Shown in pieces: positions 10,166-18,760 of a stretch of DNA of 64,000 bases; within the stretch, counting starts at the first letter, position 1; each line of letters opens with the position of its first letter. Location: contig JAKSVG010000001.1 in the NCBI GenBank assembly GCA_024408105.1, forward strand, positions 50,854 to 114,853. The letters are read 5' to 3'. The position numbers and the translations under genes were made by a program. The notes beneath the pieces are model-generated. The model saw only the letters and a list, made by a program, of their open reading frames with translations. It was not told where the DNA came from and ran no database searches. The stretch comes from Bacilli bacterium (GTDB taxonomy: Bacteria > Bacillota_I > Bacilli_A > RFN20 > CAG-826).

Positions 10166-11376
10166 TGCAAAATAATGAAGCTTTCTCAGTTACAGCTTTA
10201 AACAAATACATCAAACTTATGTTTGATAATAATTTTTCGTTGCGAAATTTAACTGTGAAAGGTGAAATTTCAAATCTAAAAAAATATCCAAGCGGCCATG
10301 TGTATTTTTCATTAAAAGATGAAGAATCTGTCATCAAAGCTGTTATGTTTTATGATTATGCAAAGCATCTCAACCAAAACATCAAAGATGGCGATGAGGT
10401 ACTTGTCACAGGAAATGTCAGCGTATATCCATCTAGGGGTGAATATCAAATATATGCAGTCGCAATGGAACTAAATGGAGCTGGAGCTCAGCTTTTAGAA
10501 TTGGAACTTCTTAAAAAGAAACTTGCCGCAGAGGGATTATTCGACATCTCTCGCAAAAGAAAAATTAATATTTTTCCAAAATCTGTTGGCGTTATTTGCG
10601 CGCCTAACTCAGCGGCAATGGCTGATATAGTCACGAATTTGCTCCGCAGATTTCCTCTTGTAGAGGTCAAAAAATTCCCTAGCCTTGTCCAAGGTAGCGA
10701 AGCAGTAAAATCGCTCTTAAATGCCTTAAATGAGGCCAAAAACAGCAATTTAGATACATTGATTATCGGTCGAGGTGGTGGAGCAAGCGAAGACTTGAGC
10801 GCATTTAATGACGAAACGCTTGTGCGCAAACTCGCAAACTTCCCAGTCCCAACAATAAGTGCTGTCGGCCACGAAATTGATTTTACACTGATAGATTATG
10901 TTGCTGATGCCAGAGCATCAACTCCCACAGGAGCTGCAGAATTAGCAACAGTTGATAAAAGAGAGATATTTCAAAAATTAGATCATGCTGATTCATCATT
11001 AACTAAGTTAATAGAAGACAAGAATGAACGTTATAGATCAAAGCTTGAATCAATTAGCAAAAGACCTTTCTTTATTAATCCAAAAACAATGTATATTGAT
11101 AAGTTGAAGGATTTAAAAATCATTAGTGATAAACTTAATTTAGTTGTAAAGCATCTTATAGATGAGAAAATCAATTATATAAATTCTCAAAGCAAACATT
11201 TGCATGCATTATCTCCCAATGGAGTTTTAAAAAGAGGTTACTCAATATTGCAAAACGAGAATGGCGCAGTTATTAACAGCACATCGATGATAAAGTTAGA
11301 TTCTACTGTTAAAACAGTATTAGCTGACGGAATAATAACATCAAAAGTTATAAAAAAGGAGAGCAAAAATGGATAG
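10162..11376 (+). CDS. xseA: exodeoxyribonuclease VII large subunit
   Basis: N-terminal OB fold (VKGEISNLKKYPSGHVYFSLKD), GRGGGASEDL and a C-terminal coiled coil. It is followed by xseB, which it overlaps. Confidence 0.93.
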   Translation: MMQNNEAFSVTALNKYIKLMFDNNFSLRNLTVKGEISNLKKYPSGHVYFSLKDEESVIKAVMFYDYAKHLNQNIKDGDEVLVTGNVSVYPSRGEYQIYAVAMELNGAGAQLLELELLKKKLAAEGLFDISRKRKINIFPKSVGVICAPNSAAMADIVTNLLRRFPLVEVKKFPSLVQGSEAVKSLLNALNEAKNSNLDTLIIGRGGGASEDLSAFNDETLVRKLANFPVPTISAVGHEIDFTLIDYVADARASTPTGAAELATVDKREIFQKLDHADSSLTKLIEDKNERYRSKLESISKRPFFINPKTMYIDKLKDLKIISDKLNLVVKHLIDEKINYINSQSKHLHALSPNGVLKRGYSILQNENGAVINSTSMIKLDSTVKTVLADGIITSKVIKKESKNG

Positions 11377-11557
11377 TAGTAAATTTGATTTTGAAAAATC
11401 ACTAAAAAGATTAGACGAAATTGTTGAAAAAGTAGAAAACGAAACCCTTCCTTTGGAAGAAACATTAAAATTGTATGAAGAAGGCAAGAAACTTATCAAG
11501 GAATTAGAGTCTACACTAAAAGAGGCTGAAAAGAAAATAGAGGAACTATCAAAATAA
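11369..11557 (+). CDS. xseB: exodeoxyribonuclease VII small subunit
   Basis: 62 aa with FEKSLKRLDEIVEKVENETLPLEETLKLYEEG, the typical XseB pattern. Confidence 0.9.
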   Translation: MDSSKFDFEKSLKRLDEIVEKVENETLPLEETLKLYEEGKKLIKELESTLKEAEKKIEELSK

Positions 11558-11575
11558 CATAGTTAAATTGTGTTA

Positions 11576-11604
11576 TTAGTATTTTTTTAGTATTTATTTA
11601 GTTT
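11576..11604 (+). repeat. three phased direct repeats TTAGTAT/TTAGTAT/TTAGTTT (11-bp period) abutting the dxs ATG
   Basis: TTAG starts at 11576, 11587 and 11598, which puts a TAG in each of the three frames. Confidence 0.6.
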
Positions 11605-13476
11605 ATGTCAAAAAAGAGAATTAACAAAGTTAAACATATCGATATTAGTGAGATAAAAAATCCTAAGTTTTTAGGAGGGCTATCTTTTAACGAACTCAAA
11701 GTTTTGGCTGAAGATATCCGTTCTGAAATTTTAAGAGTCACAAGTGTTTACGGTGGTCATCTATCAAGCAATTTAGGTGCAGTTGAATTAACTATTGCTT
11801 TGAATAGAATTTTCGACTTTTCAACTGATAAGTTGATATTTGATGTTGGCCATCAATGCTATACATATAAAATTTTAACAGGAAGATCACTTGAAGGGTT
11901 GAGGACTGAAAATGGGGTTTCTGGATTCCAAAAAATCAAAGAATCAAAATATGATTGTTATGAAGCAGGCCATTCATCAACTTCCATAAGTGCTGCAAAT
12001 GGCTTTGCCATTGCTAGAGATTTAAATAAAGAATCATATAACGTTGTAGCTTTTATTGGTGATGCTTCAATTGTTTCCGGCTTGGCTTTTGAAGGTTTAA
12101 ATAATCTAGCATCATCTAACCATAAGGTTATTGTTGTTTTAAACGACAATGGTATGTCTATTTCTAAACCTGCAGGTGGTGTGGGGAAAATGTTCGCACG
12201 CATCTCATCAGCTGCAGGCTACAATCGTATGAAGGTCGCTTATAGAAAAGTAATGTTTAAAACCAAATTCGGTAAAAGCGTGTATAACACAACTCTTAAA
12301 TTTAAAAATTGGTTTAAACGAAAAGTCGTACCACAAACTATTTTTGACTCCATCGGTTTATCCTATATTGGGCCTATAGATGGTCATAATATTAAAGCTA
12401 TTGAAAAAGCATTAAAAAGAGCTAAAAACACAACAAAATCAGTTGTTGTCCATTGCTGTACCTTAAAAGGTAAAGGATACAAATTTTCAGAAAATGACAC
12501 AACAGGATATTGGCATGGCGTTACCCCTTTTGAAGTCGAAACTGGAAAACCAAAAAATGAACACCCTGGTTTTAACTCCTGGTCTCATATCTTTGGAGAC
12601 TTAACAATGAGAATTATGGAAAAGCATAATAATGCTTATCTCATATCTCCAGCAACAATGAAAGGCGCAAGTATGGATGAAGCGTTTACTAAATATCGTG
12701 AACGCTCTATCGATGTTGGCATAGCTGAAGAACACGCTGTTACACTAGCTAGTGGCATAGCAGTTAATGGCTATCATCCTGTTATAAGCATTTACTCTAC
12801 ATTTATGCAAAGAGCATACGATGAAATATCACACGATATAGCGCGTATGAATTGCAATGCAACATTTCTAGTCGATCGTGCTGGTTTAGTGGGCTCTGAT
12901 GGCGAAACACATCAAGGCATCTATGATGTAGCATTCTTATATAGTGTGCCTAATACTGTAATCACAATGCCTTCAAGCATAGATGAAGCAAATTATTTGT
13001 ATGAAGAGTCGTTCAACAATCATGGACCATTCTTTATAAGAATACCTAGATGTATGGTGAAGCATGAAGAAACAATACACGCTTTATCCTACGAGTACGG
13101 AAAATGGCCAAAACTCAAAGAATCCCAAAACAAAAAGTTGGCAATTGCTGGGGTTGGACCACTCTTAAGAGAACTTGCAAAACTCATTGAAGAGAATGGC
13201 ATCGACTGTACAATTTATAACGCAATTTATATTAAACCGATGGATGATGCAGCAATTTCTGAGCTCACATCATACGATAAAATCGTGATTTATGACCCTT
13301 ATTCAACCCAAGAAGGCTTTGTAAATGCGCTAATAAGCAATTTATCGTTAAAAAACTTTAAAGGGCTAATTTCGCCGTTTGTGATAAAAAATGAGTTTAT
13401 TACGCAGGCAACAGTTGAAAAACAATTAGAACGATATGGCTTAATGCCTCAACAAATAATTGATTCAATTAAATAA
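11605..13476 (+). CDS. dxs: 1-deoxy-D-xylulose-5-phosphate synthase
   Basis: Motifs GHLSSNLGAVELTIAL, DVGHQCYTYKILTGR and GDASIVSGLAFEGLNN. No SD upstream. Confidence 0.95.
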   Translation: MSKKRINKVKHIDISEIKNPKFLGGLSFNELKVLAEDIRSEILRVTSVYGGHLSSNLGAVELTIALNRIFDFSTDKLIFDVGHQCYTYKILTGRSLEGLRTENGVSGFQKIKESKYDCYEAGHSSTSISAANGFAIARDLNKESYNVVAFIGDASIVSGLAFEGLNNLASSNHKVIVVLNDNGMSISKPAGGVGKMFARISSAAGYNRMKVAYRKVMFKTKFGKSVYNTTLKFKNWFKRKVVPQTIFDSIGLSYIGPIDGHNIKAIEKALKRAKNTTKSVVVHCCTLKGKGYKFSENDTTGYWHGVTPFEVETGKPKNEHPGFNSWSHIFGDLTMRIMEKHNNAYLISPATMKGASMDEAFTKYRERSIDVGIAEEHAVTLASGIAVNGYHPVISIYSTFMQRAYDEISHDIARMNCNATFLVDRAGLVGSDGETHQGIYDVAFLYSVPNTVITMPSSIDEANYLYEESFNNHGPFFIRIPRCMVKHEETIHALSYEYGKWPKLKESQNKKLAIAGVGPLLRELAKLIEENGIDCTIYNAIYIKPMDDAAISELTSYDKIVIYDPYSTQEGFVNALISNLSLKNFKGLISPFVIKNEFITQATVEKQLERYGLMPQQIIDSIK

Positions 13477-13481
13477 CATTT

Positions 13482-13520
13482 AAGCATATCTTGGTTAACA
13501 TAATATTGATATGCTTTTTT
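13482..13520 (+). terminator. intrinsic terminator after dxs (large loop carrying the dif-like half site)
   Basis: 9-bp perfect stem AAGCATATC/GATATGCTT, 17-nt loop, then a T6 run. Confidence 0.7.
13491..13510 (-). repeat. partial dif-like copy (XerD arm plus core only)
   Basis: TTGGTTAACATAATATTGAT matches TTGGTTAACATAATAGTGAT at 18759-18778 at 19 of 20 positions, in the same orientation. The XerC-arm position is not conserved. It lies in the loop and 3' stem of the dxs terminator. Confidence 0.7.
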
Positions 13521-13540
13521 ATTTTATCTAAAATAATAAT

Positions 13541-14743
13541 ATGTCAAAGATTATTCTCCATATTGATTTGAACCAATTCTTTGTTCGCTGCGAAGAAATT
13601 AAAAATCCTAACCTTATAGGAAAACCAGTTATTATTGGACACGATGGTCGAGGCGGAATTGTTTCAACATGTTCATATGAGGCAAGAAAATTTGGCATCA
13701 AAAGCGGTATGCCAACATTCATGGCTATTAAATTAAATCCAAAAGTGATAATGATTCCAGGCGATTATAAATTTTATTCGTCAATGTCGCGAAAATTTAT
13801 TAATTTTATTAAAACAAAAGCAACGAATATAGAACAAGCCTCAATTGATGAGTGTTATGTTGATATGACAAAAGAATTAAAAGACGTAAAAAATGTTGAG
13901 CAATATCTTTTAGATATGCAAAACGAGTTATATGAAAAAACGGGGTTAAAATGTTCAATAGGCGTAGCTCCCACCAAATTTCTTGCAAAAATGGGGAGCG
14001 ATATGAAAAAACCAATGGGATTAACTATAATTCGCCGAAAAGACATAAGAAAAATGATTTATCCGTTGCCCATTAGTGATTTTTATGGAATTGGTAAGAA
14101 AACTACGCCTAAATTAGAAAAGATTGGAATTAAAACTATCGGTGATTTAGCAATAAGAGTAAATAATGATGACAAAGTCATAAAAAACGAATTAGGCAAA
14201 TTCTTTTTTGCGGTAAAAGATATGATTAATGGACAGAGCAGCGATTATGTAGACTCTGAACCATTTGATCCAAAATCAATTGGTAATAGCCATACGCTTC
14301 CATTTGATACAAATAGCTATAATGATTTGAAAGAAAATTTAGTTATATTGGCCGAGGAAGTATCACAACGAGCAAAAGAAGCAAATAAGGTTGGAACAAC
14401 AGTTCAAGTAGTTCTAAAAGATAACGGATTCAAAGTTATCAATAGATCTATATCATTTAGCAAGCCAACCAACGATTTTGATGTAATCAAATCTTATACA
14501 ATTCAATTGTTAGACAAAAACTACGATAGCGAAAAAATGATTAGGTTAGTAGGAGTAACACTTCAAAATCTAATTAACCCTTCGGAGGTTACTATTCAAA
14601 TGTCTATTTTTGACGATTTTGAGAAGATAAAAGAAGAATGCGCAACAAAGTTGCTCATTTCAGAACTAAATAGAAAAATGAACAAGTCTGTTTTTAAGAC
14701 TGCTGCAGAATTGGAGTCAGAAAAAAGAAATGGAAGTAAATGA
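13541..14743 (+). CDS. dinB: DNA polymerase IV (Y-family)
   Basis: Motifs ILHIDLNQFFVRCE and SIDECYVD, and an HhH region (FYGIGKKT). Confidence 0.92.
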   Translation: MSKIILHIDLNQFFVRCEEIKNPNLIGKPVIIGHDGRGGIVSTCSYEARKFGIKSGMPTFMAIKLNPKVIMIPGDYKFYSSMSRKFINFIKTKATNIEQASIDECYVDMTKELKDVKNVEQYLLDMQNELYEKTGLKCSIGVAPTKFLAKMGSDMKKPMGLTIIRRKDIRKMIYPLPISDFYGIGKKTTPKLEKIGIKTIGDLAIRVNNDDKVIKNELGKFFFAVKDMINGQSSDYVDSEPFDPKSIGNSHTLPFDTNSYNDLKENLVILAEEVSQRAKEANKVGTTVQVVLKDNGFKVINRSISFSKPTNDFDVIKSYTIQLLDKNYDSEKMIRLVGVTLQNLINPSEVTIQMSIFDDFEKIKEECATKLLISELNRKMNKSVFKTAAELESEKRNGSK

Positions 14744-15608
14744 TGCAATCGATTTATTTATCCAATACCTTAGAGTAGAAAAAGGCGTGAGCGAGGATAC
14801 GGTCAAGTCATACTTATATGATTTAAAGCAATTTTTCTTAGCGTTGCCTAAAAAAGATACAGCTGAATTTCTGCCAGTTGATATAGCAGACTTTATTAAA
14901 ATACAAAATAAAAAAATGCTATCAAGTTCTACGGTTTTAAGAAGACTTTCATCGACAAAAAACTTTTATTTATTTTGCCAAAGAGAACATATTATTGATT
15001 TTAATATCAATAAATTTGAAACGCCAAAAGGGATGAAACATCTTCCTATTTCAATATCAGTTGAAGAGGTTGAGAATTTGCTTAATGCACCAAATGAAGA
15101 AAAGCCTGAAGGATTAAGAGATCGTGCAATGCTAGAAACAATGTATTCTAGCGGACTTCGTGTTAGCGAACTTATTATGCTAAAAATATCACAAGTCAAT
15201 TTTGACAAAGGCATCATAAATGTTATCGGTAAAGGAAACAAACAAAGAAAAGTACCAATCGGAGATTTTGCTTTGGATTATGTCCAAAAATATGTTCAGA
15301 CAGCAAGATATAAGAATCCAGGAAAAAATACTCCTTATTTATTTTTAAATAGATATGGTCAACCTATTTCCAGGCAATTCTTTTTCAAACAAGTTAAAAA
15401 ATATGCAGAACAGGTTGGAATAGAAGAAAATATCTCGCCTCATACTTTAAGGCATTGCTTTGCAACGCATCTTTTGGAAAATGGGGCTGAACTTAGAGCG
15501 GTGCAAGAAATGCTCGGACACACAAATATTGCAACAACGCAAATTTATACCAATATTTCAAGCAAGCGCATTATGAGTGCGTATGATTTGTATGTGAAAC
15601 GAAAATAG
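14730..15608 (+). CDS. xerD: tyrosine site-specific recombinase XerD (XerC/XerD family)
   Basis: Catalytic R (GLRVSEL), HTLRHCFATHLL and LGHTNIATTQIYT (H, Y). N-terminal SAM-like domain. It lies next to deoB, as I recall for ripX/xerD in B. subtilis. The XerD-versus-XerC assignment is less certain than the family. Confidence 0.8.
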   Translation: MEVNDAIDLFIQYLRVEKGVSEDTVKSYLYDLKQFFLALPKKDTAEFLPVDIADFIKIQNKKMLSSSTVLRRLSSTKNFYLFCQREHIIDFNINKFETPKGMKHLPISISVEEVENLLNAPNEEKPEGLRDRAMLETMYSSGLRVSELIMLKISQVNFDKGIINVIGKGNKQRKVPIGDFALDYVQKYVQTARYKNPGKNTPYLFLNRYGQPISRQFFFKQVKKYAEQVGIEENISPHTLRHCFATHLLENGAELRAVQEMLGHTNIATTQIYTNISSKRIMSAYDLYVKRK

Positions 15609-15642
15609 TGATAATATAATTATCGTCTAAGGGAGTGAAAAA

Positions 15643-16836
15643 ATGAAATTTAAAAGAATATTTGTTATTGTAGCAGATTCAGCTGGAATTGGAGAAATGC
15701 CTGATGCTGCCAAATTTGGTGACGCAGGAACAAATACATTTGTTCATACTTCAGAAAAGTGTGGCGGATTAAATGTACCAGTCATGAATTCAATGGGTTT
15801 AGGCGAATTAGCTCCTGTCCTTGGAACAAGCAAAGTTTCTCATCCAAATTCATATTGCATGAGACTAAGAGAAGCAAGTGCTGGAAAAGACACTATGACT
15901 GGACACTGGGAAATGATGGGAATTTACACAACCAAACCATTCCAGACATTTACCGATACAGGTTTTCCTCAAAGTTTAATCGAAGAATTAGAAAAACGCA
16001 CTGGTCACAAAATAATTGGCAACAAAGCCGCAAGTGGAACAGAAATTCTTAAAGAATTAGGCGAAGAACAAAAACGAGATAATTCTTTAATTGTATATAC
16101 ATCCGCTGATAGCGTTCTCCAAATTGCTGCTCATGAAGAAACTACTGGTGTAAAAGAGTTATATAGATGCTGTGATATAGCCCGCGAACTATGTATGAAA
16201 CCCGAATATTTTGTCGGAAGAATCATTGCAAGACCTTTTATTGGTGACAGCGCAGAAACATTTAAACGTACTCCAAATAGACATGATATAGCTGTCAGCC
16301 CAACTGGTACGACTGTTATGAATATTTTGCAAGATAACCATTTTATGGTTAGTTGCGTTGGAAAAATAGGAGACATTTTCAACCAGGTCGGAGTTGTCAA
16401 AACCCAAAAGACTGTGAGCAATATGGATGGAATGGATAAAACAATTGACGAAGCTAAAAATCACGATTTTGAAGGATTGTGCTATGTCAATCTAGTTGAA
16501 TTTGATTCCGAATATGGTCATAGAAGAAACGCACTAGGATATGGAAAAGCATTAGAAGAATTCGATGTTCGCATAGGCGAACTCATAAAAGTTCTACACG
16601 ACGATGACTTACTAATGATTACAGCAGATCACGGAAACGATCCAACCCATACCGGGACAGATCATACAAGGGAAAAAGTTCCTTTACTTGTTTATAGTAA
16701 ATCATTCAAAAACGGAAGATATCTTGATGAAAGATCTACATTCGCAGATATTGGTGGTACAATTCTCAAAAACTTTGGGTTAAAGAAATCAGACAATGAG
16801 ATTGGAGAACCAATCTATGAGTTGTTCGAAGATTAG
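15643..16836 (+). CDS. deoB: phosphopentomutase
   Basis: Motifs RIFVIVADSAGIG, GKDTMTGHWEMMG and TADHGNDPTHTGTDHTRE. GGGAG SD. Confidence 0.95.
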   Translation: MKFKRIFVIVADSAGIGEMPDAAKFGDAGTNTFVHTSEKCGGLNVPVMNSMGLGELAPVLGTSKVSHPNSYCMRLREASAGKDTMTGHWEMMGIYTTKPFQTFTDTGFPQSLIEELEKRTGHKIIGNKAASGTEILKELGEEQKRDNSLIVYTSADSVLQIAAHEETTGVKELYRCCDIARELCMKPEYFVGRIIARPFIGDSAETFKRTPNRHDIAVSPTGTTVMNILQDNHFMVSCVGKIGDIFNQVGVVKTQKTVSNMDGMDKTIDEAKNHDFEGLCYVNLVEFDSEYGHRRNALGYGKALEEFDVRIGELIKVLHDDDLLMITADHGNDPTHTGTDHTREKVPLLVYSKSFKNGRYLDERSTFADIGGTILKNFGLKKSDNEIGEPIYELFED

Positions 16837-17791
16837 AAAAATTTCAATTTTGCCTTTATTGACAATAGCCTTAATTAGTTGTTCTAAAACTAAGCAAAGT
16901 CTCATGTGCGTGTGTCCTAAGGGAGCACCTGCACTTAGTTTTTATAACGTAAATTTCGAAGAAATTGAATTCAGATCAGAACCAACACTAGTTTTATCAG
17001 AATTACAAAAAAATGATTTTGATATGGTTGTTTTCGACTCGATTAATGGATTAAAAAGCTGCGTGAAAAACAAAGCTAACTATGCTTTAGCAAAGCTAAT
17101 TACAGGTGGCAATTTCTATTTAGTAGGAATTGATGTAAAGCCATTAAGCGATGGAAGTTATCCTCTCCCAAAGAGTGATGACATAGTTGTTTCGTTTGGG
17201 CAAAACCTAATACCAGATTTAGTTTATTCAAAACTATGTTCTGACTTTTGGCACATAGAAAATAATGCACATTACGTTAATAGCGTAAACGATGCCTTGG
17301 CCGTATTGAAAAGTGGAAGATATAGTGGTGGAAATGCCAATTACGTATTTATTGCTGAACCAGCATTAACAGCAGCATTAAACGACAAAACATGCGAAAC
17401 ATACGGAAAAGTTAACATAGTTAAAAATATACGTTCAGAATGGAAAATTTATTCTGGCCAAGATGGGTTAGCTCAAGCTGGTATATTCGTGAACAAATCT
17501 TCATATGAAAAGAGAAAAGATGAATTGCATAAATATATTGTTAATGTAGAAAATGCTATTGAAACCGCTATAAACGATCCTTTAAGTGTAAAACACGATA
17601 TGGATTCAAAGCTGAGTCTTAATGAACAAATTGAAAAATACGGGTTTAATTCAAACACAGTTCTTCAAGTCCAAAGTGATAACCGCAATGGATTCGGATT
17701 AGTGGGGAAAAATGAATCAATTGACGTTAATAAATTTTTGGAATACTTAGGACAAAGTCCTATACCAGAGGATTATTTTATTGAAGTATGA
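16817..17791 (+). CDS. lipoprotein, ABC-transporter substrate-binding protein (NMT1/TauA-like)
   Basis: Signal peptide with lipobox (ILPLLTIALISC). The size and periplasmic-binding-protein-like composition fit the call. Its start overlaps the deoB 3' end, and its stop overlaps the permease start. The family assignment is tentative. Confidence 0.6.
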   Translation: MSCSKIRKISILPLLTIALISCSKTKQSLMCVCPKGAPALSFYNVNFEEIEFRSEPTLVLSELQKNDFDMVVFDSINGLKSCVKNKANYALAKLITGGNFYLVGIDVKPLSDGSYPLPKSDDIVVSFGQNLIPDLVYSKLCSDFWHIENNAHYVNSVNDALAVLKSGRYSGGNANYVFIAEPALTAALNDKTCETYGKVNIVKNIRSEWKIYSGQDGLAQAGIFVNKSSYEKRKDELHKYIVNVENAIETAINDPLSVKHDMDSKLSLNEQIEKYGFNSNTVLQVQSDNRNGFGLVGKNESIDVNKFLEYLGQSPIPEDYFIEV

Positions 17792-18561
17792 GAAGAATCA
17801 CAAGATTTTATAAAAATAATCGTATTCTAATTTGGACAATTATCGGAACAGGAACATTGTTTTTACTTTGGTGGATAATTTCATTGCTTGTAAATTCAAC
17901 ATTGTTTCCTGGCCCACAAGTGGTTGTTCCAGAATTTGTGGCGCATTTAGGCAAAGGGGGCACATATCTTGCAATTGGAGGAACATTAATAAGGTTATTA
18001 ATCTCGATTGCTTTAGGTTTTTTCTTTGGAATACTTCTAGGTATATTTGGTGGTCTTTCAGTTGGGTTTAGAGCATTTATGAGACCGTTTATTATTGTTT
18101 TTAGAACAATTCCAACGGCAGCAGTCGTTTTCATTATAGTCGCTTTGCTAAAACCAATGTTTGCACCGACAATTATCGTATTTCTAATTGTGTTCCCAAT
18201 TCTCTATGAATCGGTTGTCAGCGGAATTACAAACGTAGATCAATCAATTGTTGACGCACTAAAAATCGATGGAACAAATGTTAGAAAGGCAGTATTCAAA
18301 ATATATTTGCCATTATCATGGAGTTATATTCTTTTAGGATTGGTATCAAGCATTGGCTTAGGAATGAAAGTTGGAATAATGAGTGAAATATTAGCTGGAA
18401 GCGATTCGGCAAATGGGCTTGGAAAGCTAATTCGTGATGCTGCGACAATTGCTGATATGAAAGGCGTTTTGTCCTATTCGTTAATCGCTATCATATTGAT
18501 TGGGTTAATTGATATAGGAATGTATTTCCTGAAGAAAAAATTAAAAAATTATGCAAGATAA
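17788..18561 (+). CDS. ABC transporter permease (nitrate/sulfonate/taurine TauC/SsuC-like family)
   Basis: 6 TM segments and an EAA-loop-like segment (VDQSIVDALKIDGTNVRKAVFKIYLP). No ATPase gene is adjacent. Followed by a terminator. Confidence 0.8.
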   Translation: MRRITRFYKNNRILIWTIIGTGTLFLLWWIISLLVNSTLFPGPQVVVPEFVAHLGKGGTYLAIGGTLIRLLISIALGFFFGILLGIFGGLSVGFRAFMRPFIIVFRTIPTAAVVFIIVALLKPMFAPTIIVFLIVFPILYESVVSGITNVDQSIVDALKIDGTNVRKAVFKIYLPLSWSYILLGLVSSIGLGMKVGIMSEILAGSDSANGLGKLIRDAATIADMKGVLSYSLIAIILIGLIDIGMYFLKKKLKNYAR

Positions 18562-18563
18562 CC

Positions 18564-18590
18564 AAGCCATTGAAATGTGGCTTTTTTTCT
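18564..18590 (+). terminator. intrinsic terminator after the ABC permease
   Basis: Stem AAGCCAT/GTGGCTT, 6-nt loop, then a T7 run. Confidence 0.8.
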
Positions 18591-18629
18591 TGCAAACCAA
18601 GCAAAAATTGGAGTGGTAGTGAATCATAA

Positions 18630-18647
18630 TTAGTAGATATTTAGTAG
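18630..18647 (+). repeat. phased direct repeat TTAGTAG-N4-TTAGTAG
   Basis: Copies at 18630-18636 and 18641-18647, about 115 bp from dif. Confidence 0.6.
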
Positions 18648-18760
18648 TTTTTATCCACAAAAATAATTGTTGAAAGATGGTTATTAGATATTTTATGCAA
18701 TCATTTGTTTTCGAAAAATATTCAAAAAAGATTCGATGAATACTTATATTTATACATTTT

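Noticed and set aside
18630-18654. Resemblance of the reverse complement (CTACTAAATATCTACTAA) to the Bacillus RTP/Ter replication terminator core (..ACTAA..TGTACTAAAT..).
   Set aside because: The half-site spacing is 11 nt here against about 16 nt in Ter. All four loci share one orientation on both sides of dif, whereas a fork trap needs opposed polarity. RTP is restricted to close Bacillus relatives.
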